A stretch of 63,136 nucleotides of DNA, the filler included, from Stramenopiles sp. TOSAG23-3 (Eukaryota), in NCBI GenBank assembly GCA_900128585.1. It is 6 parts of 6 records of this genome, joined end to end, with 100 filler letters (N's around TTAATTAATTAA, not from the genome) between each part and the next. Parts side by side here need not be neighbours in the genome. Positions count along the whole stretch, not along the records: positions 1 to 14,769 come from LT642546.1; positions 14,870 to 29,636 come from LT642547.1; 4 more parts are not named here. One strand, written 5' to 3'. A model generated the notes under the pieces. It made no database searches. It was not told where the DNA came from and saw only the letters and a list, made by a program, of their open reading frames with translations. Of the stretch, positions 10,002 to 19,609 are shown one piece after another. Numbering within the stretch: the stretch's first letter is position 1; each line of letters starts with the position of its first letter. A program made the translations under genes and the position numbers.

Positions 10002-10616
10002 TTCCTTTATTCGCTTTTGTTTGCACGATACAAATATTCCACACGAACGAACGAGCAACAATCAGAAAAGAAACGAACAGAAACAAAAATCAATTGGAAC
10101 ATACCTCAAAACCAGAACACGCTTTCTCTGTCATCACAGATTCGTACACAAACCTTTCTTTTATTTCTCGCTCGCATTTTTTTCGTTTATTCCGTTGTAT
10201 TCAATGTAAAACAAAAACAAATAAAACAAAACGATCTAAAGTGCAATAATTAAGGGTATCTTATTATAAAGGATTATATTTAATATATTTTTAATACTTA
10301 TTCATTATTACTTTTTGTAATCATTTCCTTTAATTTCCAAAATGTAATCGGTCTTCTTTCATAATTTATCAGTGAATTAATTTCTTTACTATTTTTATGT
10401 TAATAAATCAATACTATTTCTATGTATACTAAATCCCCCCTTTTTTTAGATTCCTCGCATCGATGTCCTGATGTCCTCGATAATCCTCATCTTTTCATAT
10501 ATAATAGGTATATATGTTATTATTAGTATACATAAATATTTACTTGTAATCTAATGAATTGGATTATTTTGCCGCAGCTGAATGATATTCATACGCAGAG
10601 CAAAATGACAAATCTT

Positions 10617-12917
10617 TTATGTAGATTTTGGTACACACATCCCTCCATCATCATCGCACGATTTTGAATTGCAATCTTCTTCGCAGTATCTATTTTTCAA
10701 CCAAACGTCCATGCATGTATAACTGCACTGTCTTCTACATCCACCATCGACTTTGTCGTCTTTCCCGGACAGAAACTGGCGCAAAGGCTCTGCGCGATCA
10801 TTAACGTTTCGGCAAAGTGCATTCCCCTCGAGCGTCACGGAAACGACGGGGGATTCCGACAGAAACTCGGAAAACCAAGACGGGAGCTCGTTCAGAGAGT
10901 TGTTCCGAAGGTCCAAGAAACTCAACCTCTTCATGCCCTTCAGGGAAGAGGGGAGATTCGTCAAGTTGTTCCCTCCGAGGCGTAACGACACGAGTTCATC
11001 GAATTCTCCAATGTCTTCAAAGAGGTGTACGAGCGCATTATCGTTCACGAACAGCACACGCAACGCTACGGAAAACTTCAGCAAGCCTTTTGGGAGGCGC
11101 ATCAGTAAGTTTTGCCCCAGGCGCAAAAACTTGACAAAGCGAGTCCTCCCCTCGTTGTCAATCTCAAGTTCTCTTAGTCTGTTGTTGGTGAAGTCATATC
11201 TGAAAATGCTTTTCAAGTCCCAGACCCCTTTTGGAATGTACGTGAGTCGCGCGTTCACTACTTCGAGGGAAATCATTTCTTGGAACGCTTCGAAACTTTC
11301 AGGCAGCCTCGTGAGGCTGCTGTTGTCTATCTTCATCACCCGTATCTTTCTGTGAGTGTTCCCAATCTCCTCCGGGAGCGTGGTCAGCGGCACTTCCGAG
11401 AACACTACTTTTTGCAGCGAAACCATTTCCGAGAACTCGGGCGGAAGCTTGGTAAAGTTACGCTTGGCCATTTTTATGGACGAACAGTCGCACCGAGGCG
11501 GTCCAAATGGCCGTTGGCAGAAGGGGACCTGCACTTCGCAGTACTGCCACAACCTGTTGCCCTCGCAGTGTTCATTGATCGTGAGGGTGTAGACCGAGTA
11601 CAAGATCCCAGCACAGAACAGCAATAGCCCAGGTATGCTTGCAATGACCCCGAAAGTTTTGCGCGCGGAGAGGGGGAACGTTGCGCGTTGCAGTTTCAAA
11701 ATAGCGTCGTGGTGCATGTCGCCAAACAAACTCTGTCGTTTGCGGTTCCGGCGTTTGGACAATGCCGTCTGGCGCTCGGCTATTGTGTTCGTACAGCTGA
11801 GACGAACGTTCTCCTCCACCAGATCGTTCACTTTTAGAAGCGCGAATAACGTGGTCGGCAATACAATTTGGACTATGTCCAACACGGCCACGGGTGTACC
11901 GTACGCGTAGTAGATGATACAGAGCGGCACGAAGGTAAACAGAAGATCCATCACAATGTCGACGACGACCTGCAAGGTGCGTCGAGAGTATGCTGTATTC
12001 CCGTCCATGCGCACCAAGTTGTGCAAAATGAACAAGCACTCTATCGAAAGAATGAAACAGATGAAAGCGTTGAACGGGAGAGGCAACGAGCAAAGGTAAA
12101 ACGTCGTCAAGTTGTAAATCTGAAGAAACAATTCGGCGCACTCAGAACCGTACAGTTTGAACAGGTAGTACTCCCCGTGCATGTCAAAATTTCTCACCAC
12201 AATCTGAATCTTGCGGCACAACCCTGGCAAAACGTCATTGCAGACTTTCTGATTCTTGGCTCCTCGAGATATAACCCTAGGATTTTCCCCTCGGTGATAC
12301 TTTCCCTTCGAAAAGCTTCCCATTGCCCTGCTTTCGAGAAGACGTTCGATGTACTGCATGTCGTTGTATATACTACGCACTCTGGTCTTCCAGAAGAGCG
12401 TCTTTCCCAATACGCTGAGAAAGCAAACGAATGCGACGATTGGAAACGTCCAAATCCAGACTGTTCTAGTAAAAGTTTGAAAATTTTCCGTATATATCGA
12501 CATTATGTAAAGCGCAGACGCGCCAAGGGCGACTTCGGCAACCATTAACAGAATGTTCGTAAACTGCCCCATTGTCTGGAAAAATGTCAAATGGACATTG
12601 TCGATTGTTACCCCGGTGTTAATTTTAAACGGGCTCCCTCTGAGCTCCCTGTCAAAGCTTCTTGAGCGGCTATTCCTTCTATAATCCATCTGCACACGCA
12701 TATGACCACGGGTTTGAAAAGTTGGCGCCCCATCCTCCTTCTTCGAATCCTGTGGACGGTTATTTCTCAACGGATTTTCCACCATCATGCCCCCTGACGG
12801 TTCGTCGGCCCCACGGGTTTGAAAAGTTGGCACCCCGTCCTCCTTCTTCGAATCCCGTGGACGGTTATTTCTCAACGGATTTTTCACCATCATGCCCCCT
12901 GACGGTTCGTCGGCCAT
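10617..12917 (-). CDS. Multi-pass membrane protein with C-terminal LRRs and an LNR/Notch-like Cys repeat (766 aa)
   Basis: About 7 hydrophobic helices in the N-terminal half, then a Cys cap LWQYCEVQVPFC..RCDC. Roughly 10 LxxLxLxxNxL repeats follow, ending in CSYTCMDVWLKNRYCEEDCNSKSCDDDGGMC (LNR-like). Confidence 0.85.
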   Translation of the reverse strand: MADEPSGGMMVKNPLRNNRPRDSKKEDGVPTFQTRGADEPSGGMMVENPLRNNRPQDSKKEDGAPTFQTRGHMRVQMDYRRNSRSRSFDRELRGSPFKINTGVTIDNVHLTFFQTMGQFTNILLMVAEVALGASALYIMSIYTENFQTFTRTVWIWTFPIVAFVCFLSVLGKTLFWKTRVRSIYNDMQYIERLLESRAMGSFSKGKYHRGENPRVISRGAKNQKVCNDVLPGLCRKIQIVVRNFDMHGEYYLFKLYGSECAELFLQIYNLTTFYLCSLPLPFNAFICFILSIECLFILHNLVRMDGNTAYSRRTLQVVVDIVMDLLFTFVPLCIIYYAYGTPVAVLDIVQIVLPTTLFALLKVNDLVEENVRLSCTNTIAERQTALSKRRNRKRQSLFGDMHHDAILKLQRATFPLSARKTFGVIASIPGLLLFCAGILYSVYTLTINEHCEGNRLWQYCEVQVPFCQRPFGPPRCDCSSIKMAKRNFTKLPPEFSEMVSLQKVVFSEVPLTTLPEEIGNTHRKIRVMKIDNSSLTRLPESFEAFQEMISLEVVNARLTYIPKGVWDLKSIFRYDFTNNRLRELEIDNEGRTRFVKFLRLGQNLLMRLPKGLLKFSVALRVLFVNDNALVHLFEDIGEFDELVSLRLGGNNLTNLPSSLKGMKRLSFLDLRNNSLNELPSWFSEFLSESPVVSVTLEGNALCRNVNDRAEPLRQFLSGKDDKVDGGCRRQCSYTCMDVWLKNRYCEEDCNSKSCDDDGGMCVPKST
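12706..12915 (-). repeat. 105-bp in-frame tandem duplication (35 aa x2) at the N-terminus of the TM-LRR gene
   Basis: 12706-12810 and 12811-12915 are near-identical and encode ADEPSGGMMV(K/E)NPLRNNRP(R/Q)DSKKEDG(V/A)PTFQTRG. Confidence 0.95.
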
Positions 12918-13511
12918 GCTTGTATAAACAAGCCAAAAAAGAAATGATGGCGGTTTTCTCTTTCAAAACAAGTTTATCAACAACAAATCCTTTTTCTACA
13001 TGCGGTTTCAAACGGGAGGCTATTTTCATTCAAAGGTTTAAACCCTGTACACGCAATTGTAAAGAACATCTAACTGTTTTTCAATATTGAAGAATGGTTC
13101 TATCTATCTGCAAACATAATGCAAACAACAGAATAATAAATCTTTATTAACCCCAACCAAAAGAACAAAATAACTTCTTCTTCTAGAAGAAGGAAGAAGA
13201 AGTAATAATAATAATAATAATATATTAAATAAAATAAAAAAATTTAAACTGCCTTCTCTTTTTCTCCTCTTCTTCCTATGGACAGCGGCAACTCTTCTTC
13301 TTCTTTTTTTTGTATAAAATATTCTCTATTACTTACTTATATTGCCAATTATTACATAGTCTATATAATTGCCAATAATGAGTGAATTAATCTAACTTCA
13401 CCCAACCACAAACGAATTATTCATATTTTTCATACCCCGTACGTAGTACACACACACATATGGGAATAATATAGACCGACTAGTATCAGAGGATAAAATA
13501 TATAGTTATAA

Positions 13512-13800
13512 AAGGAGAAGAAGACAGAAGAGGAGAAAAGGAGAAGAAGAGAAAAAAAGAAGAAGAAGAAGAAGAAGAAGAAGAAGAAAGAAGAAATAAA
13601 AGAAGAAATAAAAGAAGAAGAAGAAGAACGAAGAACGAAGAAGAAGGAAGAAAGAAGAAGAAGAAGAAGAAGAAGAAGAAGAAAAAGAAGAAGAAGAAAT
13701 AAAAGAAGAAGAAGAAGAAGAAGAAGAAGAAGAAGAAGAAGAAAGAAGAAGAAAGAAGAAGAAGAAGAAGAAGAAGAGAAGAAAAAGAAGAAGAGAAGAG
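13512..13800. repeat. (GAA)n-rich microsatellite
   Basis: Read directly from the sequence. Confidence 0.95.
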
Positions 13801-14429
13801 GTCTCGTGTCTATCACATTAGACGACTAAATCTAATAGTGGTAGAACTATGTGGCCTCTCGTAACAGTCTAATAATAGTCGTTCTAATAAATATCTATGA
13901 AGAAGAAAAGATAATTATTTTCATTCTTCTTTATAATAATAAATAAATATAGCTAAATACGAGGAGTCTCTATTTCTTCCTATTTTTATATTTAATACGT
14001 AATCGCTTTCGCCTCGCCTCGTATAAGAAGTATCATTCGAGATCTTCTAACGAATGAAAATTTTATTATCCCTTCTCTCCTCTCTCCTCATCTTCTTCCC
14101 TCCACTGAATATTGAATATATAATCATATCCTCGTATATAATTATATAGAGAAGATATAGAACGACTCTAATTTTTGATCATATTATTATTATTCTCTTG
14201 TGTATATTTTTATATTTACTTTTTATTATCAATATGTGTGACCTCTTTCATAATAATTAAAACAACATAATATTTGAAATAATGGTGGTGGGTGTAGAAG
14301 GAGTTTGTTTGGTTGCTGTTTGCAGTTTTATTTGATTATCAGAAGAAACGATTGACACAACTTTTTTTTTAGAGAGAGAGAGAGAGAGAGAAAGACGTAA
14401 TATACATTAGTGAAGAGTGATCTGACGAC

Positions 14430-14769
14430 ATGGGATTATGTGCCTCCACGCCGGACAGCGTGTCCACCCCGGGGCGGGCCGTCCAAAACCCCATGGAGAA
14501 AAATGACGACGTGTTGGAGAAAAAGATGACGAAAATTTTCCAGGCGAAGAAAAAGCGCAGGGTCATTCAGGACATGGCAACCATTGATCCGAACTTTGTG
14601 GCGCCCGTGATCCAAAAGCCGAAAGAAGTGCAGCAGTACCTTCACAAAGTGCTCTCGAATAAATTTTTCCTGTTCGAGACTTTCGACGAAAAGCAGAAAA
14701 ACGACTTCATCATGGCCTTTGAGCAGCGCGATTTGAGCGGGAAAGGGGCTGTCATCATTCAACAGGGGG
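14430..14769 (+). CDS. N-terminal fragment of a cGMP-dependent kinase / cNMP-binding regulatory protein (cut by the contig end)
   Basis: MGLCAS dual-acylation start and basic KKKRRVI pseudosubstrate-like segment. The start of a cNMP-binding domain follows (FFLFETFDEKQKNDFIMAFEQ...GAVIIQQG) and runs into the N spacer. Confidence 0.75.
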
Positions 14770-14869
14770 NNNNNNNNNNNNNNNNNNNNNNNNNNNNNNN
14801 NNNNNNNNNNNNNTTAATTAATTAANNNNNNNNNNNNNNNNNNNNNNNNNNNNNNNNNNNNNNNNNNNN
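14770..14869. other. Artificial contig-joining spacer (N44-TTAATTAATTAA-N44)
   Basis: The same 100-nt structure occurs five times; the 12-mer puts stops in all six frames. Confidence 0.97.
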
Positions 14870-15366
14870 TAAAAAATAATAAAGATTTTATAGAAATTAG
14901 GAAGAGCCGCGAGAAAAAGAAGACATCTCAATTATTTATTTTTTATTTAAAATAGTAGTAGTAGTAGATGTCTTCCGGACGGAGGAGGCGGAGAACGTAC
15001 GTAGGTCTTTTACATACATACACATAGCATATATCCCTAACAGACATATTATACTCCTTAATCGTGGCTTATTATTTTGTCCAGAGCAGCCAGCAGCCAG
15101 CTCTTGCTTCTTCTTCTTCTAAAAAATAAAAAAATAATAATTTTAAAAAAATAAAAAAGAAGAAGAATGGAGGTAGGAGAAGGAGGAATAATTGAAAGTC
15201 AGCGCATATATTTACCAAAAAGTAATTCACACATTTGAAGTGTTGTATAGCGATTTGTTTCTTTTTCTCATATTTGATTGATTTTATTTGATTGAACTAT
15301 TGATCACGTATTATATGATTTATATGTAGGCATTGTTTCTCTGAAATTATCTTATCCAAAGAAAAC

Positions 15367-17280
15367 ATGCACGGTACATATTTTTGCTTTGCTGCAGTTG
15401 TCCTTTCGTCGCTTGCTGCACTCGCGCGTTCCGAGACGTTCTACATCTCTCCAGACGGGAACGATTTGAACGACGGCAAGAGCGAAAGCACGCCATGGCT
15501 AACGCTGGCATCATTACTGACACAGCCAGCGTTGATGGTAGAAATATATTCTCCATTGAATATTATGATTCGGAGAAATGCTACCTACGTTAACGACCCT
15601 TTCCAGTTGGAACTGGAGTCGGTCCACGCACCAGTCAAGATTACCACATATGGTGACAAAAAATTGCCACGACCGCTGCTCCAACAGCTTCGCGGGCTGA
15701 ACGACCTCGGCGCTGCATGTATGAAAATCAGCGGTATTTCACAGTATGGACTTGTCGTTGATAACTTGCACATGGGAGGGTGCGCCCAAGGGCTGGTGTT
15801 GGAGGGAAGCGCAACTAGTATAGCATCCGATGTGATGGTTAGCAATTCCATTTTCGAAGATATTCGGACGCCCCTGCTGCGTTACACCCCGCCCAATCCG
15901 CGATGGGCACAAGCTATTTGGCTTTCTGCTGGGAAGTTTCAAAACCTTACTGTTCAGAATAACGTGGCAGCGAGGATCGATGTGTTTTTTTCTTCCACCG
16001 CGTTCACAAACACCATGCATTTGAATGGAAACACCGTACAACAGTGCAGTGGGAACTGCTACAGTTTTGGGCAAGGGGTTGACCTGACCATGGAAAATTC
16101 TGTACTGCTCAGGGATATGTCCACTCGTCTCTTCCTATATGGCACGACCGACGTTATCATTGGGGGGCTGAAGGGCAACAACCAGCTGGTGAACAACGAC
16201 TTTAACCAAAGGGGAGAGTACCAAGGGGGGCCAGATGGATGTGCGTTCGATTTTGAAACTGCTGCGACAGGGTTCCTGGTGTCTGGGAATACCTTCTCAC
16301 ACAGCTGGGGGTCGGGGATTATGATATTTGGCCATGAAACTACGTCGCAAAACGTGACAATAAGCAACAACGTTTTCGACCACAGTGGCTGCGTCCAAAA
16401 CAGAGACGACAGAGGTGGTATCGCGGTGATGTGCCCGAATGGCCAACGCCCATCTGGGCTTCTGAAGGACAATTCGTTCTTCACAGAGCCTGGGTGCCCT
16501 GCCATATTTGTCAACCCTGCGGTGAAGGACTGCGACGCGAACCTGAAGAAAATTGGCAATGTTATAAATGGAGACAAGAAGATGGTGGAAATGCCACAGT
16601 TAAGTTTCAACCCCCCATCTCCGCTCGACAAAGGCACAAACGGGAGCTTCAATATCATTGCCGTCACTTCTACCCCAGGCGCTTCGATCCGTTTCACGCT
16701 GGACGGTTCGCGCCCTACAGAGGCTTCCGATTTGATGCCGCAGGCTGGGATTATGCTGCCTTGGCCAGGGATCGCGACAAACGTGAACGTGCGGGCGTTC
16801 AAATCTGGAATGATCAGCAGCATCACAAACGGAGCCCTTGTCCCTTTGAATTATGGGCTGGGTCGTATGGCGCCAAATGCTGCCACTGTTGGGCCTGCCG
16901 GTAGCATCGTTGGAGCCTTGAATGGAAAATTGGAATCCGTCAAGGAAAATGGTGAAGAGGTAATCGTTTCGGGCTGGGCAGTAGATACTTTAGCAGACGG
17001 GGCCGGTGTATCTCCAGTTACCATTCTCGCAAGTGTGGATTATAAGCAAGTCTTTGCTGCACTTGCGACGGGAAACAGGCCAGACCTACCAAAAGCTGGC
17101 GTTGCGCCGGACCCATACCATGGGTTTAGCTTTGCGTTACCACAAGCCGCATCAAAGGAGTTGCTCTCTCCCGGCAAGCATATCATTGTTGTAAAGGCAA
17201 TAGGTACCCCAAGTTCGGCTATTCCAAAACTTTTGCCTGGCGGTTCCTTCAAACGTTGCAATGATGGGAAATGCGAATGA
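15367..17280 (+). CDS. Secreted right-handed beta-helix (pectin-lyase fold) protein with an Fn3-associated/chitobiase C-terminal module and a bacterial-type Ig-like tail (637 aa)
   Basis: Signal peptide, FYISPDGNDLNDGKSESTPWLTL entry motif and repeated ISNNVF/VSGNTF beta-helix coils with DGCAFDFE. TSTPGASIRFTLDGSRPT is the chitobiase-like module, and the tail reads VSGWAVD...RPDL...HGFSFALP. Confidence 0.85.
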   Translation: MHGTYFCFAAVVLSSLAALARSETFYISPDGNDLNDGKSESTPWLTLASLLTQPALMVEIYSPLNIMIRRNATYVNDPFQLELESVHAPVKITTYGDKKLPRPLLQQLRGLNDLGAACMKISGISQYGLVVDNLHMGGCAQGLVLEGSATSIASDVMVSNSIFEDIRTPLLRYTPPNPRWAQAIWLSAGKFQNLTVQNNVAARIDVFFSSTAFTNTMHLNGNTVQQCSGNCYSFGQGVDLTMENSVLLRDMSTRLFLYGTTDVIIGGLKGNNQLVNNDFNQRGEYQGGPDGCAFDFETAATGFLVSGNTFSHSWGSGIMIFGHETTSQNVTISNNVFDHSGCVQNRDDRGGIAVMCPNGQRPSGLLKDNSFFTEPGCPAIFVNPAVKDCDANLKKIGNVINGDKKMVEMPQLSFNPPSPLDKGTNGSFNIIAVTSTPGASIRFTLDGSRPTEASDLMPQAGIMLPWPGIATNVNVRAFKSGMISSITNGALVPLNYGLGRMAPNAATVGPAGSIVGALNGKLESVKENGEEVIVSGWAVDTLADGAGVSPVTILASVDYKQVFAALATGNRPDLPKAGVAPDPYHGFSFALPQAASKELLSPGKHIIVVKAIGTPSSAIPKLLPGGSFKRCNDGKCE

Positions 17281-17874
17281 ACGCAAAAGAAGGCCCCCCC
17301 CCCCACACCAAACAAACAATAAAAACCATAATCATTAACACTAATTTATAATTTATTTAAAACTCTCCTCTTCCTTCTTCTTCTTTTCAAAAATAAAGGC
17401 GTAAACATACCGGTACTACACAGCATAGGAAGAAGTACAGCTAATGGCCACAACTTCTTTGATTTACTCAAACCATCTATGAGTGATCAGTCAATGTGAT
17501 GAAATTTTCGTATGATATCAATACAGCATAGAAATTCTAATCCCAAATTTATGACTAAATTTGACCATTAAAATGTGTGATAAGTTCATCAATGCTATTT
17601 GATGTAAAATCCAATTTGCATTTTCTTTCTTTCTTGGTGGTGTTACACTTTATAATACAAATGAAACAAAACACTCTTAAAGGATTCGTCATGTACGTAA
17701 TTAAAATGAATTGGAATGAAAATGAAGAAACAAGAAAAAGAAAGAAATTGGAAAACGAGACAACTTGTTTTGAATCGAATCGATTTTATTCTATTTGAAT
17801 CGGTTCTTATAGTATTAGCAAACAATTATATTCATTAACACACCATTTCTTTACTTACCGCAAAGAACAAACGG

Positions 17875-19077
17875 ATGAGGTACGGAACGCTTCTTCTATG
17901 TTGCTTGGCCATAGCCCAAGCTCTACTCCCCGTCGTCGAAAGCAGCGATGGGGCCGAGTTCGGGGAAAGTTCGGCAAAAATTGAAATCAAGACAGGCAGT
18001 TACCCAGGAGAACAACGGTGGCTCTTGTACAAAACGGATAATTTCAGAGCGAACATGAGCGCCGATTACTACGAGAAACGCACGACGAAGTGTCCGGGAA
18101 AGTTGGATGGGGACGACACGCAGCCTTGGGACAAAAACAAGCCCGAAGCGTACAGCTATTTATGCATGCAGTACCTGCAGGACGACAATAACAACAATTT
18201 CGAAACTTCATTCCAAACTGAGGAAGCGAAGCGAATTGCGAACGAGTTTAAATGGCTTGGAAATCCTATGGGACTCCCTTTTTTGCAAGGTGACTTAAAG
18301 GTTGGCTCCAACGGTCGGTACACGGCGCAACAAACGGTTCACACGCATACCATGCCACTGGAGGCCAACACAACGTACCGTTTTAAGGCCATTGATACAT
18401 ACGGCGACGGTTGGAACGGCGGGTACTGGAAAGTATCTATTCAGAGCAATGCCACCGATTACGAAGTCGTCGTTCCGGCCACTTCCATGACCACGGGGTT
18501 TGTAAAAGACGAGAACACCTTCAGAACCAAAGAAACGAGGCTTTGCCGGGCAGGGTATTACTGCCCAACACCGCTGTCTGAAAAACCTTGTGGCAACTAC
18601 ACCGTCTACTGCCCAGAAGGCAGCAGGAGCCCCAAGCCGGTGAGCAACAGCAGCATGTGCGCTTCCGGGCTGGCGATAGCTGGCAATTACAGCCTTGGAT
18701 CAAAGCAGACCAAATGCTCTACATTAACGTTTCAGGACAAGGACGGCGAAACCTCAATTTTTCAAAAGGCGACGCAGCCAGAGACCAAAATCATCAAATT
18801 GAAGCTGACAAATACGGGAGTGAACCCAGGCGATCCCGTGTATGTCAACTCACCTGCCCATGGTGGAAAGAAGGTGAAAGTTGTTGTGCCGTACAATACG
18901 CGGCCGGGCCAACTTGTGACGATTATGGTCCCGGTAAATAACGCACCGGTACCTCCGTCGAAAATGGTCTCTAACCCGATTCAGAGTGAATACAGTGACA
19001 GTGATGATGTAGACGACGATGATGTAGACGACGATGGCTCGAGCGACAGCGAACAGGAATCCCACCTGGTTCTTTAA
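17875..19077 (+). CDS. Secreted protein with a DxYGDGWNG module, a GCC2/GCC3-like Cys repeat and a C-terminal VP-PG beta module (400 aa)
   Basis: Signal peptide, YRFKAIDTYGDGWNGGYWKV, CRAGYYCP..PCG...YCPEGS and GVNPGDPVYV...VVVPYNTRPGQLVTIMVP, followed by an acidic tail. Confidence 0.8.
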   Translation: MRYGTLLLCCLAIAQALLPVVESSDGAEFGESSAKIEIKTGSYPGEQRWLLYKTDNFRANMSADYYEKRTTKCPGKLDGDDTQPWDKNKPEAYSYLCMQYLQDDNNNNFETSFQTEEAKRIANEFKWLGNPMGLPFLQGDLKVGSNGRYTAQQTVHTHTMPLEANTTYRFKAIDTYGDGWNGGYWKVSIQSNATDYEVVVPATSMTTGFVKDENTFRTKETRLCRAGYYCPTPLSEKPCGNYTVYCPEGSRSPKPVSNSSMCASGLAIAGNYSLGSKQTKCSTLTFQDKDGETSIFQKATQPETKIIKLKLTNTGVNPGDPVYVNSPAHGGKKVKVVVPYNTRPGQLVTIMVPVNNAPVPPSKMVSNPIQSEYSDSDDVDDDDVDDDGSSDSEQESHLVL

Positions 19078-19609
19078 ACCAGCAGCAATGAATAACAGTA
19101 TTAACCTGTTATGGGTGTTAAAATAAAATATTCGTTATGCTCTCCTTTTTTGGATATTAGTTTTGCTTTATTACTGTTATCTTCTTGTTTTTTATTACCA
19201 CTTTTTATGACCTACGACTCGTAGTTCATCACTCGAGCTAAAATGTAAAAATTTTTTGATTGGTTTGTAACCATTCACCCTGCTAATCTGCTATAATCAT
19301 TCTATTTATTTATTTTTAAGTTGAAAAAAAGTGGTAGGAAAAAAGAAAAAAAAATTCGAATTTTTTAGGCGCGTATGAAGACGCACCCGTCAACCAACTA
19401 TATCCATTATTACACCGCTCGCGCGGTGCTCGCGCTCGATCGATCCGAAAAACAAAATTATAATTATCATTTTAAGCACATATCTTACTGAAATATAAAT
19501 TAATGATACATTCGCTTGAGAAATAAAATGTGGGGTCGTTCAAAACGGCAACAATGCATCGTACATTTGTTATGAAGTATCTGTGCAACGATTTAGATTT
19601 GGGAAAAAA

